NCBI GenBank assembly: GCA_964016885.1
Contig: OZ024740.1
Location: 193,998,001 to 194,062,000, forward strand
Source of the DNA: Eledone cirrhosa
Taxonomy: Eukaryota
Direction of reading: 5' to 3'
DNA length: 64,000 bases
Position numbers and translations under genes: made by a program. Below are positions 25,594 through 40,033 of the stretch, piece by piece; the first letter of the stretch is position 1; each line of letters opens with the position of its first letter. Under the pieces are notes generated by a model. It did no database searches and was not told the origin of the DNA. It worked only from the letters and a program-made list of their open reading frames with translations.

Positions 25594-25851
25594 CTGCTTC
25601 TGATCTATACACAAGAGCTAAATATATTGATAACAAATCACTCACACTCATATTCACATACACACACCGCTATCTCAGTTTGTTTGGCCTTTATAACCTA
25701 TGTTTATTGTTCTGGTCTTTATTTGGTCCATGGAGCGCTTCCTGGCATAACTCGGATATTGCGATTTGCTTTGTTTTCGACCACAGTCGAAATACGAATC
25801 TCGCTGAAATTATATTTATAATTATATATATATATATATAAATATATATAT

Positions 25852-26285
25852 AATATTATAAAGCTGAGTGTCGTGTGTATGTATTATGTATGTATCCCAC
25901 ACACCTCCCTATAGTTTCTTAGCTTTACTCTCTCCGTCGCTCTTCCCTCTCTCTATAATAGATCATTCCCCTTCTCTATAATTTAACTGCTTTACTCTCT
26001 GTCGCTCTTTACTCTCTAATATTAAAAAGCTGAGTGCCTTCTTTCTCTCTCTCTCTCTCTCCCTCTTTCACCCTCTCTATAATTTATCTGCTTTACTCTC
26101 TGTCTCTCTATATGACAACACTATTTTACTTTCCGGAGCGTCGTATGTATGTTTATTTCAAAAGAATAACCTCCTTAAAATTCGGTCAACACACAAGCAA
26201 GTAATACATACATCAAAAGACAACCCTCTTAGAGAGACAGAGAGTGAAAGAAACAGATTAGGAAAACTACACACACACATACATC

Positions 26286-26327
<42 letters not shown>

Positions 26328-26500
26328 GAGAGAGTGAGAGACAGGGAAAGAGAAACAGAGGGACGGGCAAGTAGGTAATACATACATCTAAAATCATTTG
26401 GATACAAATATCATAATATAATGGTTGCAGAACGAAAATACAAACAAATATAATAATGTATGTATCCCACACGCTTTTTCTGTCGTCGCTCGCATAAGTA

Positions 26501-26574
<74 letters not shown>

Positions 26575-26846
26575 GTACACATACTTTCACACCTGATTTC
26601 GCCAATTGCCGGATAACATCAAAACAAAACACACAGACACACACATGCACATACACACATACACAAACACAAACACATACACACACATATCTATACTTTA
26701 TATGTATGTATGTAAGTAACTATGTAAGATCATTCCCCTTATCTACAATTTAACTGCTTCATGCTCTATGTCGCTCTTCACTCTCTATATGACAACACCG
26801 TTTTAGTTTCCGTATCTCCCTTCATTATATACACACATAAAGATAG

Positions 26847-26910
<64 letters not shown>

Positions 26911-27005
26911 AAGGACAATGTGACACGGGAGGGTGTGTGGTATTTTTGCAGTGGAGTGGCGGGGGCAGGTATACCTAGCCGGACGCCAGCTGGACGGTTC
27001 AACTA

Positions 27006-27006
<1 letters not shown>
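25852..27006 (+). mobile_element. Non-autonomous Helitron-like element
   Basis: 5' ATAATTATAAAGCTGAGTGTCGTGTGTATG; 3' GC-rich hairpin-like GCCGGACGCCAGCTGGACGG then CAACTAG|T. Confidence 0.55.
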
Positions 27007-27060
<54 letters not shown>

Positions 27061-27124
27061 AATGAAGTAATTCCGTCGGAAAAGTCCAGGAAAAAAGAGT
27101 GCTCTATGTAGGTAACAGAGCTTA

Positions 27125-27442
27125 ATAGTTATGTAATAAACAACATAAGGCAATTATTCCATTTACCAGTGGTTTCTTAAAAGCAAAAGATTATGCTTTC
27201 AATCCTCAGAATGAAAAAATCATGGTCTGTTTATTGAATATGGATTTTAAAAACAAAAATGCAATCTATATGAAAGGGAGGCTGGAGAAAGAAGAAGGAA
27301 AGGAAAAATGAAATAAAACCACACATGCAAACACACAAAAACACGCACACACACACACAAAAGCATAATGCAAACACACACACAAAAACACGCACACAAA
27401 AGCACACAAAAGCACACATGCAAACACACACACAAAAACACG

Positions 27443-27508
<66 letters not shown>

Positions 27509-28649
27509 CACTCATACATACACACACACATATATACACACATATATATGTGTATATAAATACACACATACACATACATATGTACATATATACATACGCA
27601 CATAAATATCAACACATCCATACATACACATACATATATACAACCACACACACATATAAACACACATACATACATATAGGAACATAAATATATATATATA
27701 CATATATATATATACATATATATGTACATATGTACAAGCATACACATACACAAACATAGCCATACACACATACATATACATACATACACACATGCACACA
27801 ATCATACATATATACACACGTACATACATACACATACATAAATGCACTCCTCTACATATTCACACACGCAAATAAATATAAGAAAAAAAAATATATATTA
27901 AAGAAATAGGATTTTGCTAAACTTGAGAGCCACTTCCGCTTGCCTTAACTCAAAGACTGAGATCTTCAGATGCTGTCCTCATCTGAAATCACATCTGATC
28001 TGTAACTGGATTGACACTCTTATGATAAATCAACCGCCTTGAACTCCTTCTCTGCTCTTTACTTCTGCTACGGTTTTTTTATTTTGCTGAATCTACGTTC
28101 TCTACTCTTGCATATAATTTTTTCTCCCTTATCTCTCCTTATATTTCATCTTTTCCTATGTCTCCCCCACCCCCCATATATTATGTTTGCCTTGCCCTTC
28201 ACATACCTAAGTATATGTGTATGTATATTTATGTGTATATATATATGTATATGTGTATATATATATATATATGTATATGTGTGTGTATATATATGTATAT
28301 GTAGATAGACCGGGTTTTTTTCATTCTGAAGATTGAAGGCAAAATGTTTTTGCTTTTAAGAAACCACTGGTGAATGGAATAATTGCCTTATGTTGCTTAT
28401 TACTTTATTACTTAACTATTATATATATGTATATGTAAGGTTCATATGAATTATCTAAGACTGAGTTTTACACACACACACATGTATGTGTGTATGTATG
28501 TATGTATATATATATATATATATGTATATGTGTGTGTGTTTGTATTTGGTTGTGCATGTTTATGATATGTACGTATTTGTATGTGTATAATTGTATAGCT
28601 ATGTATGTATATGTGTGTGTGTATGTATACATTTATATATGTGTGTGTG

Positions 28650-28692
<43 letters not shown>

Positions 28693-29341
28693 TTATGTGT
28701 ATATGTGTGTGTATAATTGTATACGTATGTGTGTGCGTGTTTGTGCATGTATTTGTGTATGCGTATGTATGTGTTTATGTATTTGTATATGTATATTTAT
28801 GTGTGAGAGTGTGTGTATGTATTCACTATTTCGTACGTAGGTATACGTGCATTTGTGTGTATTACTTACCTCGCGTGTCTGTTCGTCTACCCGCTGTTTG
28901 TATCGCTGTCAACTCTATATTAATTTTTAATTTTTATATTTTATATATATATTTTATCTTATATTTATTTGCGTGTGTGAATATATAGAGGAGTGCATTT
29001 ATGTATGTGTATGTATGTACGTGTGTATATATGTATGATTGTGTGCATGTATGTATGTATATGTATGTGTGTGTGGCTATGTTTGTGTATGTGTATGCTT
29101 GTACAAATATATATATATATGTATATATATATGTATATATGTATATATCTATATATATATATATATATAGTTATGTTCCTATATGTATGTGTGTATATAT
29201 GTGTGTGTGCTTGTATATATGTATGTGTATGTATGGATGTGTTGATATTTATGTGCGTATGTATATATGTGTATGTGTATGTGTATTTATATACACATAT
29301 ATATGTGTGTATATATGTGTGTGTGTATGTATGAGTGTATG

Positions 29342-29372
<31 letters not shown>

Positions 29373-29690
29373 ATGTATGCTTTTGTGTGTGTGTGTGCGT
29401 GTTTTGTGTGTGTGTGTGTGCATGTTTTTGTGTGTGTGTTTGCATGTATTATTTTGTGTGTGTGTGCGCGTGTTTTTGTGTGTGTTTGCATGTGTGGTTT
29501 TATTTTATTTTTCCTTTCCTTCTTCTTTCTCCAGCCTCACTTTCATATAGATTGCATTTTTGTTTTTAAAATCCAAATTCAATAAACAGACCAGGATTCT
29601 TTCATTCTGAGGATTGAAAGCAAAATCTTTTGCTTTTAAGAAACCACTGGTAAATGGAATAATTGCCTTATGTTGTTTATTACATAACTA
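27125..29690. mobile_element. Foldback PLE-like element: about 770-bp inverted arms with HHRs (27158-27215 minus, 29601-29658 plus, extra copy 28320-28378)
   Basis: 27125-27898 is inverted at about 28943-29690. TTCATT-CTGAGGA-TTGAAAGCAAAA..TTTTGCTTTTAA-GAAA-CCACTGG-TA-AATGGA. Confidence 0.82.
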
Positions 29691-30122
29691 TATATATATA
29701 TATATTAATTCAAAATATTAACAAAATAGATATTCTTGTGATGAAGTATATTTTGCTATACATATTTTAGAGGTACTGAGTTAACTTAAACTGTACGTCC
29801 TCATCACATAAAATAAGATGATGTATGACATACCCTGACATAGTAAATGGTTAAGATTCAGTCGTGGTAGTGAGTATTATATGACAAAACTCAATATTTA
29901 TATACCTTAATATTGAAAACATGAAGTAAACTACATACAATACATATAATAGAGAGGGTGCATGTGAGCAAGCTTAAAAAATACATGGCAGCAATATAAA
30001 TTGTTAAATATTCAAATAATTTAAATTACTGAAGAAAGAGAAAAGAAAAGAAAGGCATAGAGGAAGAAACAGATGAGGAGATAATATAGCTAGTAGGAGC
30101 CTAGAAAACAAAGGAGAGTTGC

Positions 30123-30158
<36 letters not shown>

Positions 30159-30627
30159 GAATAACTTATACAGTGTAATAATATAGGGAGATATCAAATT
30201 AGAACAACATTTGGGCTTAGGAAAAAGGGAAAAAATCATTGAATTATTGAAATATCTAAAAATATTCATCAATCGGAATTTTAATTTTAAATATAATTGG
30301 GTGTATTCATATGAAGGTTAATACAAAGTCTTTAGACAATTATCTATATATACAATATATGCCCAAACATATCAGGTTTACCGTTAATATCCAAATCATT
30401 TAATTTAAGTTAGTTCAGTGTAATGAATAATATTTTAGGTTATAAAAGTTAATAAATATCCGTATTAATATTAAAGTATACTATCATATTTAATTTCTAT
30501 TATCAAATTTAATGAAATCAAATTTAAAGGATTTACAAACACGGGAAAGAAAACATAATGTTTTTACAACCTCGCGAAGGTAAACTTTACTAAATTTATT
30601 ATATAATATTAAATTATTTATATTATA

Positions 30628-30724
30628 ATTGTTTCTACTTTTGGCACAAGGCCAGCAATTTCCCAGTGCATTACTGGTACTTTATTTTATCGACCCCGTA
30701 ACGATGAAAGGTAAAGTCAACCTG
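30628..30724 (-). mobile_element. SINE 3' part (Nin/Deu-like family)
   Basis: TTGTTTCTACTTTTGGCACAAGGCCAGCAATT...TATCGACCCCGTAACGATGAAAGG. Confidence 0.8.
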
Positions 30725-31430
30725 AAAATAGTTTATATCATGTAATTTAGAAAATAATTAGTTATAATTTTTAAAGAATTTTAAGATTAACAATTTGAAT
30801 GCCTAAAGGATCAACAAGCTTTATAATTAAACTTTAAAAAGTCTGATTATTAAATTATATATATGCGTTTATCAAAAACATACACAAAGATTATATTGTC
30901 CAAAGACTTAAGATTATACCTCTCAAATAGACACAACATAATACAATACAATAAATACGTTATTGAAAATATTAAAATTAATGTTTTAGATTAATTATTG
31001 TAATAGGATCATTTAATAGATATATACTATAAATATATAAGTCAAAACTACATGAGTCCTAAGGATAAGGACTAGATACAAAATAAAAAGTGAAAAAAGT
31101 GAAAATAATGAATTGTTTGCGATCATAAAAATGCCCAATATTTAAAAATATAGTTTAAAATGTAAGAGGGTTTTTTTAAATTTATATAATAGACAAACAA
31201 CACTTCTAAAGTGTCCACGAAGATGATAGAAAGAGGAGCTAAGGATTTGAATGACCCAAAGTTCACCGGAATTTAATTAAAATAAATTAAATTAAATTAA
31301 ATTAAGTAATAATCTTTATATAATTTACAACATTAAAGAAATGTCTAACAATTATAACAATAGAGAGTCATTTGAGTATCCAAATTACTTATAAATGTAA
31401 CTAGGAGGATGTTATTATACTAGATAAACT

Positions 31431-31554
31431 TTACGATCTGAGTTCAAATCCCGCCGTGGTCAACTTTGCCTTTCATCCTTACGGGGTCGATAAAATAAAG
31501 TACCAGTAATGTACTGGGTAATTGCTGGCCTTGTGCCTAAAGTAGAAACAATTA
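31431..31554 (+). mobile_element. SINE (B-box GAGTTCAAATCC + Nin/Deu-like core)
   Basis: GATCTGAGTTCAAATCCCGCCGTGGTCAACTTTGCCTTTCATCCTTACGGGGTCGATAAAATAAAGTACC. Confidence 0.85.
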
Positions 31555-31989
31555 TACTAGATAAAGAAATTTGTTCAAATATATAGAGAGAGTATTATAG
31601 GTATTAGTGAAACGATATACATATAATAAATAAATAATTACAATCATTATTAGTAAAGTTATAATTGTAGTTTTACCTCCAGTTTAGTGGAAAGAAAGAC
31701 CAATATTTGTCGACTAGTATGATTTGTGACATTTATACCTAAATATATATAAAAAATATATATGTACAAATCTAACTTTCTGAATCTTAAAACATTTTGT
31801 TAATATTTTGAATAAATATTAATAACTGTGGAAAACCATAGCTGTTGAGTGCTTCCAATGTATTGTAAAACTCATTCTTTGATTTATTCATTGAACCTTG
31901 TTTAATCTTTAAATATATATATATATATAGTGCAGAAAAAGTACGCATGATTTTTTTACAGTTTATTCGGAAATATATATATATATATA

Positions 31990-33769
31990 TACATTATGAA
32001 GAGAGAAGAAACATTTAGATATAATTAGTAATAAAATGTATCATACCTAAACTGCTCCTAAATTCCTCGACTACGTAGTTTCGTGGCATAAACAAAAACA
32101 ACATATCATAAAGATATAGAGTCCTGCGAGGTCTGCCGACTTATCAAGAGGATACCTCATTTTACTAGTCTCAAGAACGCGTCTACACGACGTGAGAAAG
32201 AATCCCAAAAGGCGGAGGGGGAGATAGTCACGCGATATAACGGTCGAGAAACAGAGCTAAGCCTCTTATAACCACGAAGAAAATACCACAGAGGCGGAGG
32301 GGGTATTCATATCGAGGCTGCAGAAGAGGTGGTGAAGAAGGCTAGAAGTATGAGTAATGGAAGCTTTCCAGTTGTCCCCACACCTCAAAGATTGCTCGAC
32401 CAGAGGGAGTTATTAACAATATATTTAGAAACACACAGATACATGCGGACACACACATATATACATGAATGCATCCGCACCCAACTGTGAGTTAAGGGTG
32501 CCAACTTCACCGATGTTGCTCAATGAATAACCGGGACAGACCAATTCAGTTGAATTAGACTGAACCAGTATCAGAGTTAAAAATACATTATGAAGAGAGA
32601 AGAAACATTTAGATATAATTAGTAATAAAATGTATCATACCTAAACTGCTCCTAAATTCCTCGACTACGTAGTTTCGTGGCATAAACAAAAACAATATAT
32701 CATAAAGATATAGAGTCCCTGCGAGGTCTGCCGACTTATCAAGAGGATACCTCATTTTACTAGTCTCAAGAACGCGTCTACACGACGTGAGAAAGAATCC
32801 CAAAAGGCGGAGGGGGAGATAGTCACGCGATATAACGGTCGAGAAACAGAGCTAAGCCTCTTATAACCACGAAGAAAATACCACAGATGCGGAGGGGGTA
32901 TTCATATCGAGGCCGCAGAAGAGGTGGTGAAGAAGGCTAGAAGTATGAGTAATGGAAGCTTTCCAGTTGTCCCCACACCTCAAAGATTGCTCGACCAGAG
33001 GGAGTTATTAACAATATATTTAGAAACACACACATACATGCGGACACACACATATATACATGAATGCATCCGCACCCAACTGTGAGTTAAGGGTGCCAAC
33101 TTCACCGATGTTGGGTGCGGATGCATTCATGTATATATGTGTGTGTCCGCATGTATCTGTGTGTTTCTAAATATATTGTTAATAACTCCCTCTGCTCGAG
33201 CAATCTTTGAGGTGTGGGGACAACTGGAAAGCTTCCATTACTCATACTTCTAGCCTTCTTCACCACCTCTTCTGCGGCCTCGATATGAAAACCCCCTCCG
33301 CCTCTGTGGTATTTTCTTCGTGGTTATAAGAGGCTTAGCTCTGTTTCTCGACCGTTATATCGCGTGACTATCTCCCCCTCCGCCTTTTGGGATTCTTTCT
33401 CACGTCGTGTAGACGCGTTCTTGAGACTAGTAAAATGAGGTATCCTCTTGATAAGTCGGCAGACCTCGCAGGGACTCTATATCTTTATGATATATTGTTT
33501 TTGTTTATGCCACGAAACTACGTAGTCGAGGAATTTAGGAGCAGTTTAGGTATGATACATTTTATTACTAATTATATCTAAATGTTTCTTCTCTCTTCAT
33601 AATGTATTTTTAACTCTGATACTGGTTCAGTCTAGTCCAACTGAATTGGTCTGTCCCGGTTATTCATTGAGCAACATCGGTGAAGTTGGCACCCTTAACT
33701 CACAGTTGGGTGCGGATGCATTCATGTATATATGTGTGTGTCCGCATGTATCTGTGTGTTTCTAAATAT

Positions 33770-33774
<5 letters not shown>
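31990..33774. repeat. Second locus of the 595-bp HHR unit: about 1.9 copies on minus (31990-33113) joined head-to-head to about 1.1 copies on plus (33110-33774)
   Basis: Direct homology to 1-3324. HHR motifs at 32064-32152 (-), 32658-32747 (-) and 33443-33532 (+). Both outer ends abut (TA)n. Confidence 0.95.
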
Positions 33775-33837
<63 letters not shown>

Positions 33838-35120
33838 TAGTGCAGAATAAGTACGCATGATACCTTTTTACATTTTATTCGGAAATTTTCCATTACAGAT
33901 ATTTCGACCGGTCTGACGACTATGCACTGTATCAACCCGGGCTCTTCACATGGTCTTCAGTACATTAATTTGCTCCGCCTGGTTCTCTGCCGAACCCACA
34001 GTGGAGAGATAGGAGGGTTGATAAAATTCAATTTCTTTTCTCTCAATATCAGTTCCACTGTAAGCTAGTGACCCTACTATTGTAGGTATTATCCCCAACA
34101 CCACCACCACACACCACCCATGGCACCAGCTATCGGAGGCATTCCCACCACTGTCCCCTCCACGGTTACATTTTAGTCATGTATACCAATTTATTGTAGT
34201 CAACGGCTTTGGTTTCAATAGCCCAATCACTATGCACCCCCAGCCCACAACCCACTCCAACAACATGGGGGTCATGCCGAAGTGAAGGGAGAAAAACAAT
34301 GGATGAATATAGGAAACGAAATTCGGAAACTAAGTATTAATATCTAACACTGACCTAGGAAATTGGTGAAAATCACCTAAAAGGCGTTAGAGCAGTATTG
34401 TTGGAAGGATGAGTAAAAAGTGAATGATAAGTCGGGAAGGTGTGCAACTACGCTATCTGTTTAGCTATATGAGAGTTGTTCACCATCTATGCATTAAACT
34501 GGTGGGGTAGATGAGCAAAAGGTGCACTGATTTATGGATTAAATTGGAGCGTACATACTAATACGGACCGGTTCATACCAACTTGCCTTCCATCAGTTAT
34601 AGTACAAATACAAAACGACCATAAGGCTTGGAAAACGTGCGCCCTACTTTGACAAACAGGAATAGAATATAGCCTTTATTTTAACTGAATTATTCTTTAT
34701 CCATTTCAAGTTACCACCCACTGCAATGTTCAGCCGATTGTGATTTTAAGGATTTCAAGCTAGCTTTATTTATGTTGGAGCTGTTCTAACTTCGTGTATG
34801 AGGAATTCTATTTAATTGACTAGTTTCCATATAGTGTGGGAAGTTGATGTGTTTTTATTTTCGTCTTATTTCATTTGTCCGTACATTGATTGTTTCTTAA
34901 GTTCTGTATTGCATCTAGTTTCAACAGACTGTCACTTGTTTACATTCATTAATTCGATGCATTGTCGCGTTGTCGCCTTACATTGGTTAATTGGGCAGCT
35001 GCTTTGTCCAAACTCGTAGATTTCATCATTATATCCGATTTCAAGAACATGGTTCCTCTGTTGAATTACATTGCAATGACAATTTCCAATTGTAACCGTT
35101 TTCTTTTCAATACCATCTAT

Positions 35121-35215
<95 letters not shown>

Positions 35216-35789
35216 CTCTTTCTCTCTCTCTCTCTTGATATATATATATATAAGTGTGTGTGTGTGTGCAAATTTGAAATGGGAGATTTTGTTCAGGCTT
35301 CTTCTAAAGGGGTAGGCACATATACGTAGTATTTTGGATGTTAAAATGAAAATGCTATATATGAACCTTTTAGATAGAATCTCAAAAGAAACATGCACTG
35401 AATGCGTTGACTTTGGCTTTGACAGAAAAAGAAAACGAAACGGGTTCATATATAATTGTTGCTATCTACATCTGGAATGTCATATATACCTTTATATCAT
35501 TGTTTTTCGTTTGCTCTCCTCGTCTCCCTATGCCCCTGGTGTTATAAACTAACTAATATCCAATAACCAATGATAATAAAATTGAAGAGTAAGTCAAATA
35601 GTGCATGTGTTTTTATTGGGAATACTGGCAACATTACCATCCCCAAATATAACAATATATATTTGAACGCACAATGGCACATCAAGAATCTTGCAAAGCA
35701 GATACATAGACTTTAATATTATTAGATGATAACTAATTATTATATTCCAATCTTCCCGTTAGAGCTTCGGACAACAAGCTTCATGAGTA

Positions 35790-35937
35790 AACGCCCCTTT
35801 ACGATCTGAGTTCAAATCCTGCCGAGGTTAACTGTGCCTTTCATCCTTATAAAATAATCTACCATTATTGCACTAAGGTCGATTTAATCGACATTCCTCT
35901 CCGCCCAAAATTGTTGGCCTAAAATCAGAAACTGTTA
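35790..35937 (+). mobile_element. Diverged SINE (Nin/Deu-like family)
   Basis: GATCTGAGTTCAAATCCTGCCGAGGTTAACTGTGCCTTTCATCC. Confidence 0.7.
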
Positions 35938-36879
35938 TATCATATCCCTCCGATGATGTAGAAGAAGCAGATACAATATCTCCATGTATTTTATGAAAAT
36001 ATGATTATGTTCCATATTTAGTGTATGAATAATATAACAATTTATTCACCTGGTTATAATGATAATTTGGAAAAAAAAGAAGAAAAGAAAACGAAAGTCT
36101 TTAGCACATTCAAACCTTACACGAACATTGAATGTACCAATAATTAATCTGGTTATTTTGTTGAACTCGTTACAATAATTTCCTTGAACTGTTTGTTATT
36201 CTTATAATTTAAAAGTTGTCACTGCAGGTGCTCTGTCTCTTATCATCAATAGTTGTACTAAATTGCCGCGTTCTTTAGTTCTTATATTGATTCTGTATCC
36301 GTCTGTCTGGGTCCTCGCATATTATTTGTCATGTTAGCTTTGATTTGTGTCTCTGTGCCTTCAATCGTTTATATAGGTTAATAAACTGGTCGCTTTGCTT
36401 CATTTTCTTTTCTTGTTGTTTTGTGTTGGCATTGTCGTTGTCACCACTAGTATTTCTGAATGAGTTCAAATCCTGCCGAGGATATGCGTAAGGTGCTGTT
36501 TTCATCGTATGGATTTTGGTTTTTCAAGAATCGTCCACTTTATATTAGAATATATTACTTCTCTGTCTTTAAAATCACGACTGTAATGTTAATGTGATAT
36601 AGTGTTACTGTTTCCCGGATTTGAATAAATTAATAAAATGTATATTTTCTTTTTCCAAGATATTAGCTTCTAATTCTATACAGACTATTTCAATTACAAC
36701 TGTTGTCCTCATTTAAGATATTCATGACACTTTCGATGAAAAGCCTTTTCATTTAAGAACGCAATTTAATATAATTTTGTATCAACGACAGCTATTTCTG
36801 TCGTGCAGTGTTGTTACTGTTTGGTTACAGTTCAAAATATGTCACGGTTTGTTATATTTAGTGTTTATTCAATTTATTT

Positions 36880-37150
36880 TATCGTGGGGAAGAGTCCTAA
36901 AACACACCATCCGGCACATCCTGTCAGAAGGAACCGTTTCCAACTGTTCCAACTGGATCTCCAAGCGAGACCAGCAGAGGTCATGGATATTATTCAACTT
37001 GTTTGGGGTCTGCACCTGCGTCTCCTGGCTGCTGGTTTTGCCTGTAAAATCCGTCCAACGATTCTTTGCTGAGACATTCGAACCACATCCCAGTAGTATG
37101 GGAGATGAGATTTCTCATTTCTCGATGGTCAGATTCTTGTTGCCCTGATG
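36880..37150 (-). mobile_element. RTE LINE 3' remnant
   Basis: The minus frame reads YYWDVVRMSQQRIVGRILQAKPAARRRRCRPQTS*, a decayed GHV.RM...R.RGRP..W motif. Confidence 0.65.
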
Positions 37151-37194
37151 AAACTATACGATTGCCCGTGTATTTGTATTCGGATAAATGGGGC

Positions 37195-37250
<56 letters not shown>

Positions 37251-37930
37251 ATAAGAAAAATGGAGTGCTGCCTGGTTGCACATGGGTTAAATATGAATAA
37301 AATTAGTCCTTCATCAGTGATCTTCCAACTTTCATTCGTATTTCATCGCTTTAAAAATCATATACCTCTAATTGGTGCGAGCAATAACTAAATAAAGTTA
37401 TTGGGACAAGTAAAATAGGGTGAAGCGAGCGAGACATGTAAACAAACAAAGATGGTATAGCAACGGAAAGATAGGAAGAGGCAAGTATATGATATATATA
37501 AGCTTAAGATTAGTGAAATCATGGTCAAGAGATACACACCATCCGACCTGGGTGAGATGTGAGCGAGAAAAGGATTTCACACAGGTCAAACGGGAGGAAG
37601 TGAGAGAGGGGGAGAGAGAGAGTGAGTGAGTGGAAGTGTGAGAGAGAGTGTGACTGGCAGAGGGGGTAAAAAGAAGGTGAGAGATACAGAGAAAGGGGAA
37701 GCAGTAGGAAAGAAACAGACACGTCGCAGCTGAAGAAAAAATATAAATATAAGAAAAATGGAGTGCTGCCTGATTGCACATGGGTTACATATGAATAAAA
37801 TTAGTCCTTCATCAGTGATCTTCCATATATATATATATATATATGTACGTTATTCCGGGTTGAATCGAAGGTAACCACAGTAAGTAAGGTACTCAATACA
37901 TTGCAGAGTATAAAAGTTTTAATATAGATG

Positions 37931-37981
37931 AGATTCTACAGGACTAGAACTGTTTCATTCTTTAGAAATCATCAGGAATCT
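37931..37981 (-). ncRNA. Compact type I HHR in a PLE-type terminus
   Basis: AGATTC-CTGATGA-TTTCTAAAGAAT-GAAA-CAGTTCTAGTCCTG-TA-GAATCT: 6-bp stem I, GUA site. Confidence 0.78.
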
Positions 37982-38491
37982 GGGTATCAAAAAATAAGTA
38001 TGGTATTTATAGGTCTCTTCAAGTGGTAGGAGAGGGTAGGGAGTGGGATGGGTGTAGGTCATTGGTTGATAGAAAGAGGAATTCATTAAAAGCTAATTCT
38101 ACAAAGCTATAGTTTTATTATTTTTATTTTTAGAGTAACAAAGGCAGAAAGAATTCTATAAACAGGTTCAGGATGGGGTGCCACTCCTTATTATTAAGTT
38201 TCTCTTAAGCTAACAGGTGTCTATAAGATCAGTGGGGGTCAGTCATGGTTGATAGATTTAAAGCAAAGGGAGATTCTTTAAAAGCTAAATTCTTTAAGGT
38301 TCTACTAAGTGACAAAGGTTTAGAGAATTCTGTAGACAAATTCAAAATATTGAGTGCATATCATACAATTATCCTCAAATTTCTCTTAAACTATTCAACT
38401 ATATGCCAAAAAACAACAGACACATTCACAAACACACTCACTCACACACTCGCGCGCACCCATAAACACACACACATACATAGATATATAG

Positions 38492-38544
<53 letters not shown>

Positions 38545-38676
38545 CACACATACACACATATATATATATATACACACACACACACTCACATATATATATA
38601 CACACACACACATAAATACATATATACATATATACACACATACACACACATATATATATACACACATACACCATAC

Positions 38677-38734
<58 letters not shown>

Positions 38735-38739
<5 letters not shown>

Positions 38740-39885
38740 GACAGGGGGGAAGAAAAAATGGCTTCACTTGTGCTTTCAACAAATTTATTTTCTTCACAAA
38801 ATCTAAAAAGAATTTTTTTCCGGATTAGAAAAGATTTTTTTTCTTAAAAAAAATTATTTTATAAATTAAATTGTTGGTTGTTGGTTAGGTCTTAGGAGTT
38901 CTTGGTTAACGTAGGAGGTATTGTTTCGTTTTTAGAACGACCTTTCACGCTGAGGTGCGCTTGTCAAACTGATGTGTATGTGGTGTGTTGTTCTATATAT
39001 AGGGATTTAACATGCCTGTGGTATGGTGGGGGTTTCTTTTAATCCTCCTTTAATAAGTGTATGAGTGTAGGTGTGTTGAAAAAAGTGTTAATAGCAGTAA
39101 TGAGTTGAGACGGTGATATATATACAAACATACACATACATACATATACATATATATATATATACACACACGCATACAAACATACACACATCCATACATA
39201 TATATACACACACACACACATACACACTCCCACATACATATATGCCCACACGTACATACATCCATACATACCTACACACATATATGTGTGTGTCTCACCG
39301 TTCACTCAGATATTCATGTGTATACATAAGAAGAGGGGGGGGGTAGTGAAATGGAATTTTACCTCCGAGTGTTAATTCATTTTTTCGTGTTCAGTACTGG
39401 TTTAAATTTTTCAATGAATACTAAAAGCTTTTTCCCCTGAAGGAATTTTTTGAGAATGACCGGGGCAGGCCGCACTTGCTACATTTCTCCCCACCTAACC
39501 CTACTCACCGTCTGAACTCATTACTGCTATTAACACTTTTTCAACACACCTACACCCATACACTTATTAAAGGGGGAGAAAAGAAACCCCCACCACACCA
39601 CAGACATGTTAAATCCCTATATATAGAACAACACACCATATACACATCAGTTTGACAAGCGCACCTCAGCGTGAAAGGTCGTTCTAAAAACTAAACAATA
39701 CCTCGTACGTTAACCAAGAACCCCAAGACCTAACCAACAACCAACAACTTAATTTATAAAATAATTTTTTTTAAGAAAAAAAAATTTTCTCTAATCCGGA
39801 AAAAAATACTTTTTAGATTTTGTGAAGAAAATAAATTTGTTGAAAGCACAAGTGAAGCCATTTTTTCTTCCCCCCTGTCTTAATA
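38735..39885. repeat. About 380-bp inverted repeat element (PLE-like layout)
   Basis: 38735-39115 is the reverse complement of about 39506-39885. Confidence 0.85.
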
Positions 39886-39916
39886 TACCTAACTGTACCA
39901 AGGATTACACACATTT

Positions 39917-39977
<61 letters not shown>

Positions 39978-39994
39978 TATATACACACACAAAC

Positions 39995-40033
<39 letters not shown>

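Noticed and set aside
37300-37350. Type II HHR on minus (also about 51900-51945)
   Set aside because: GAAA...CTGATGA order fits, but there is no UH cleavage site, stem III or stem II.
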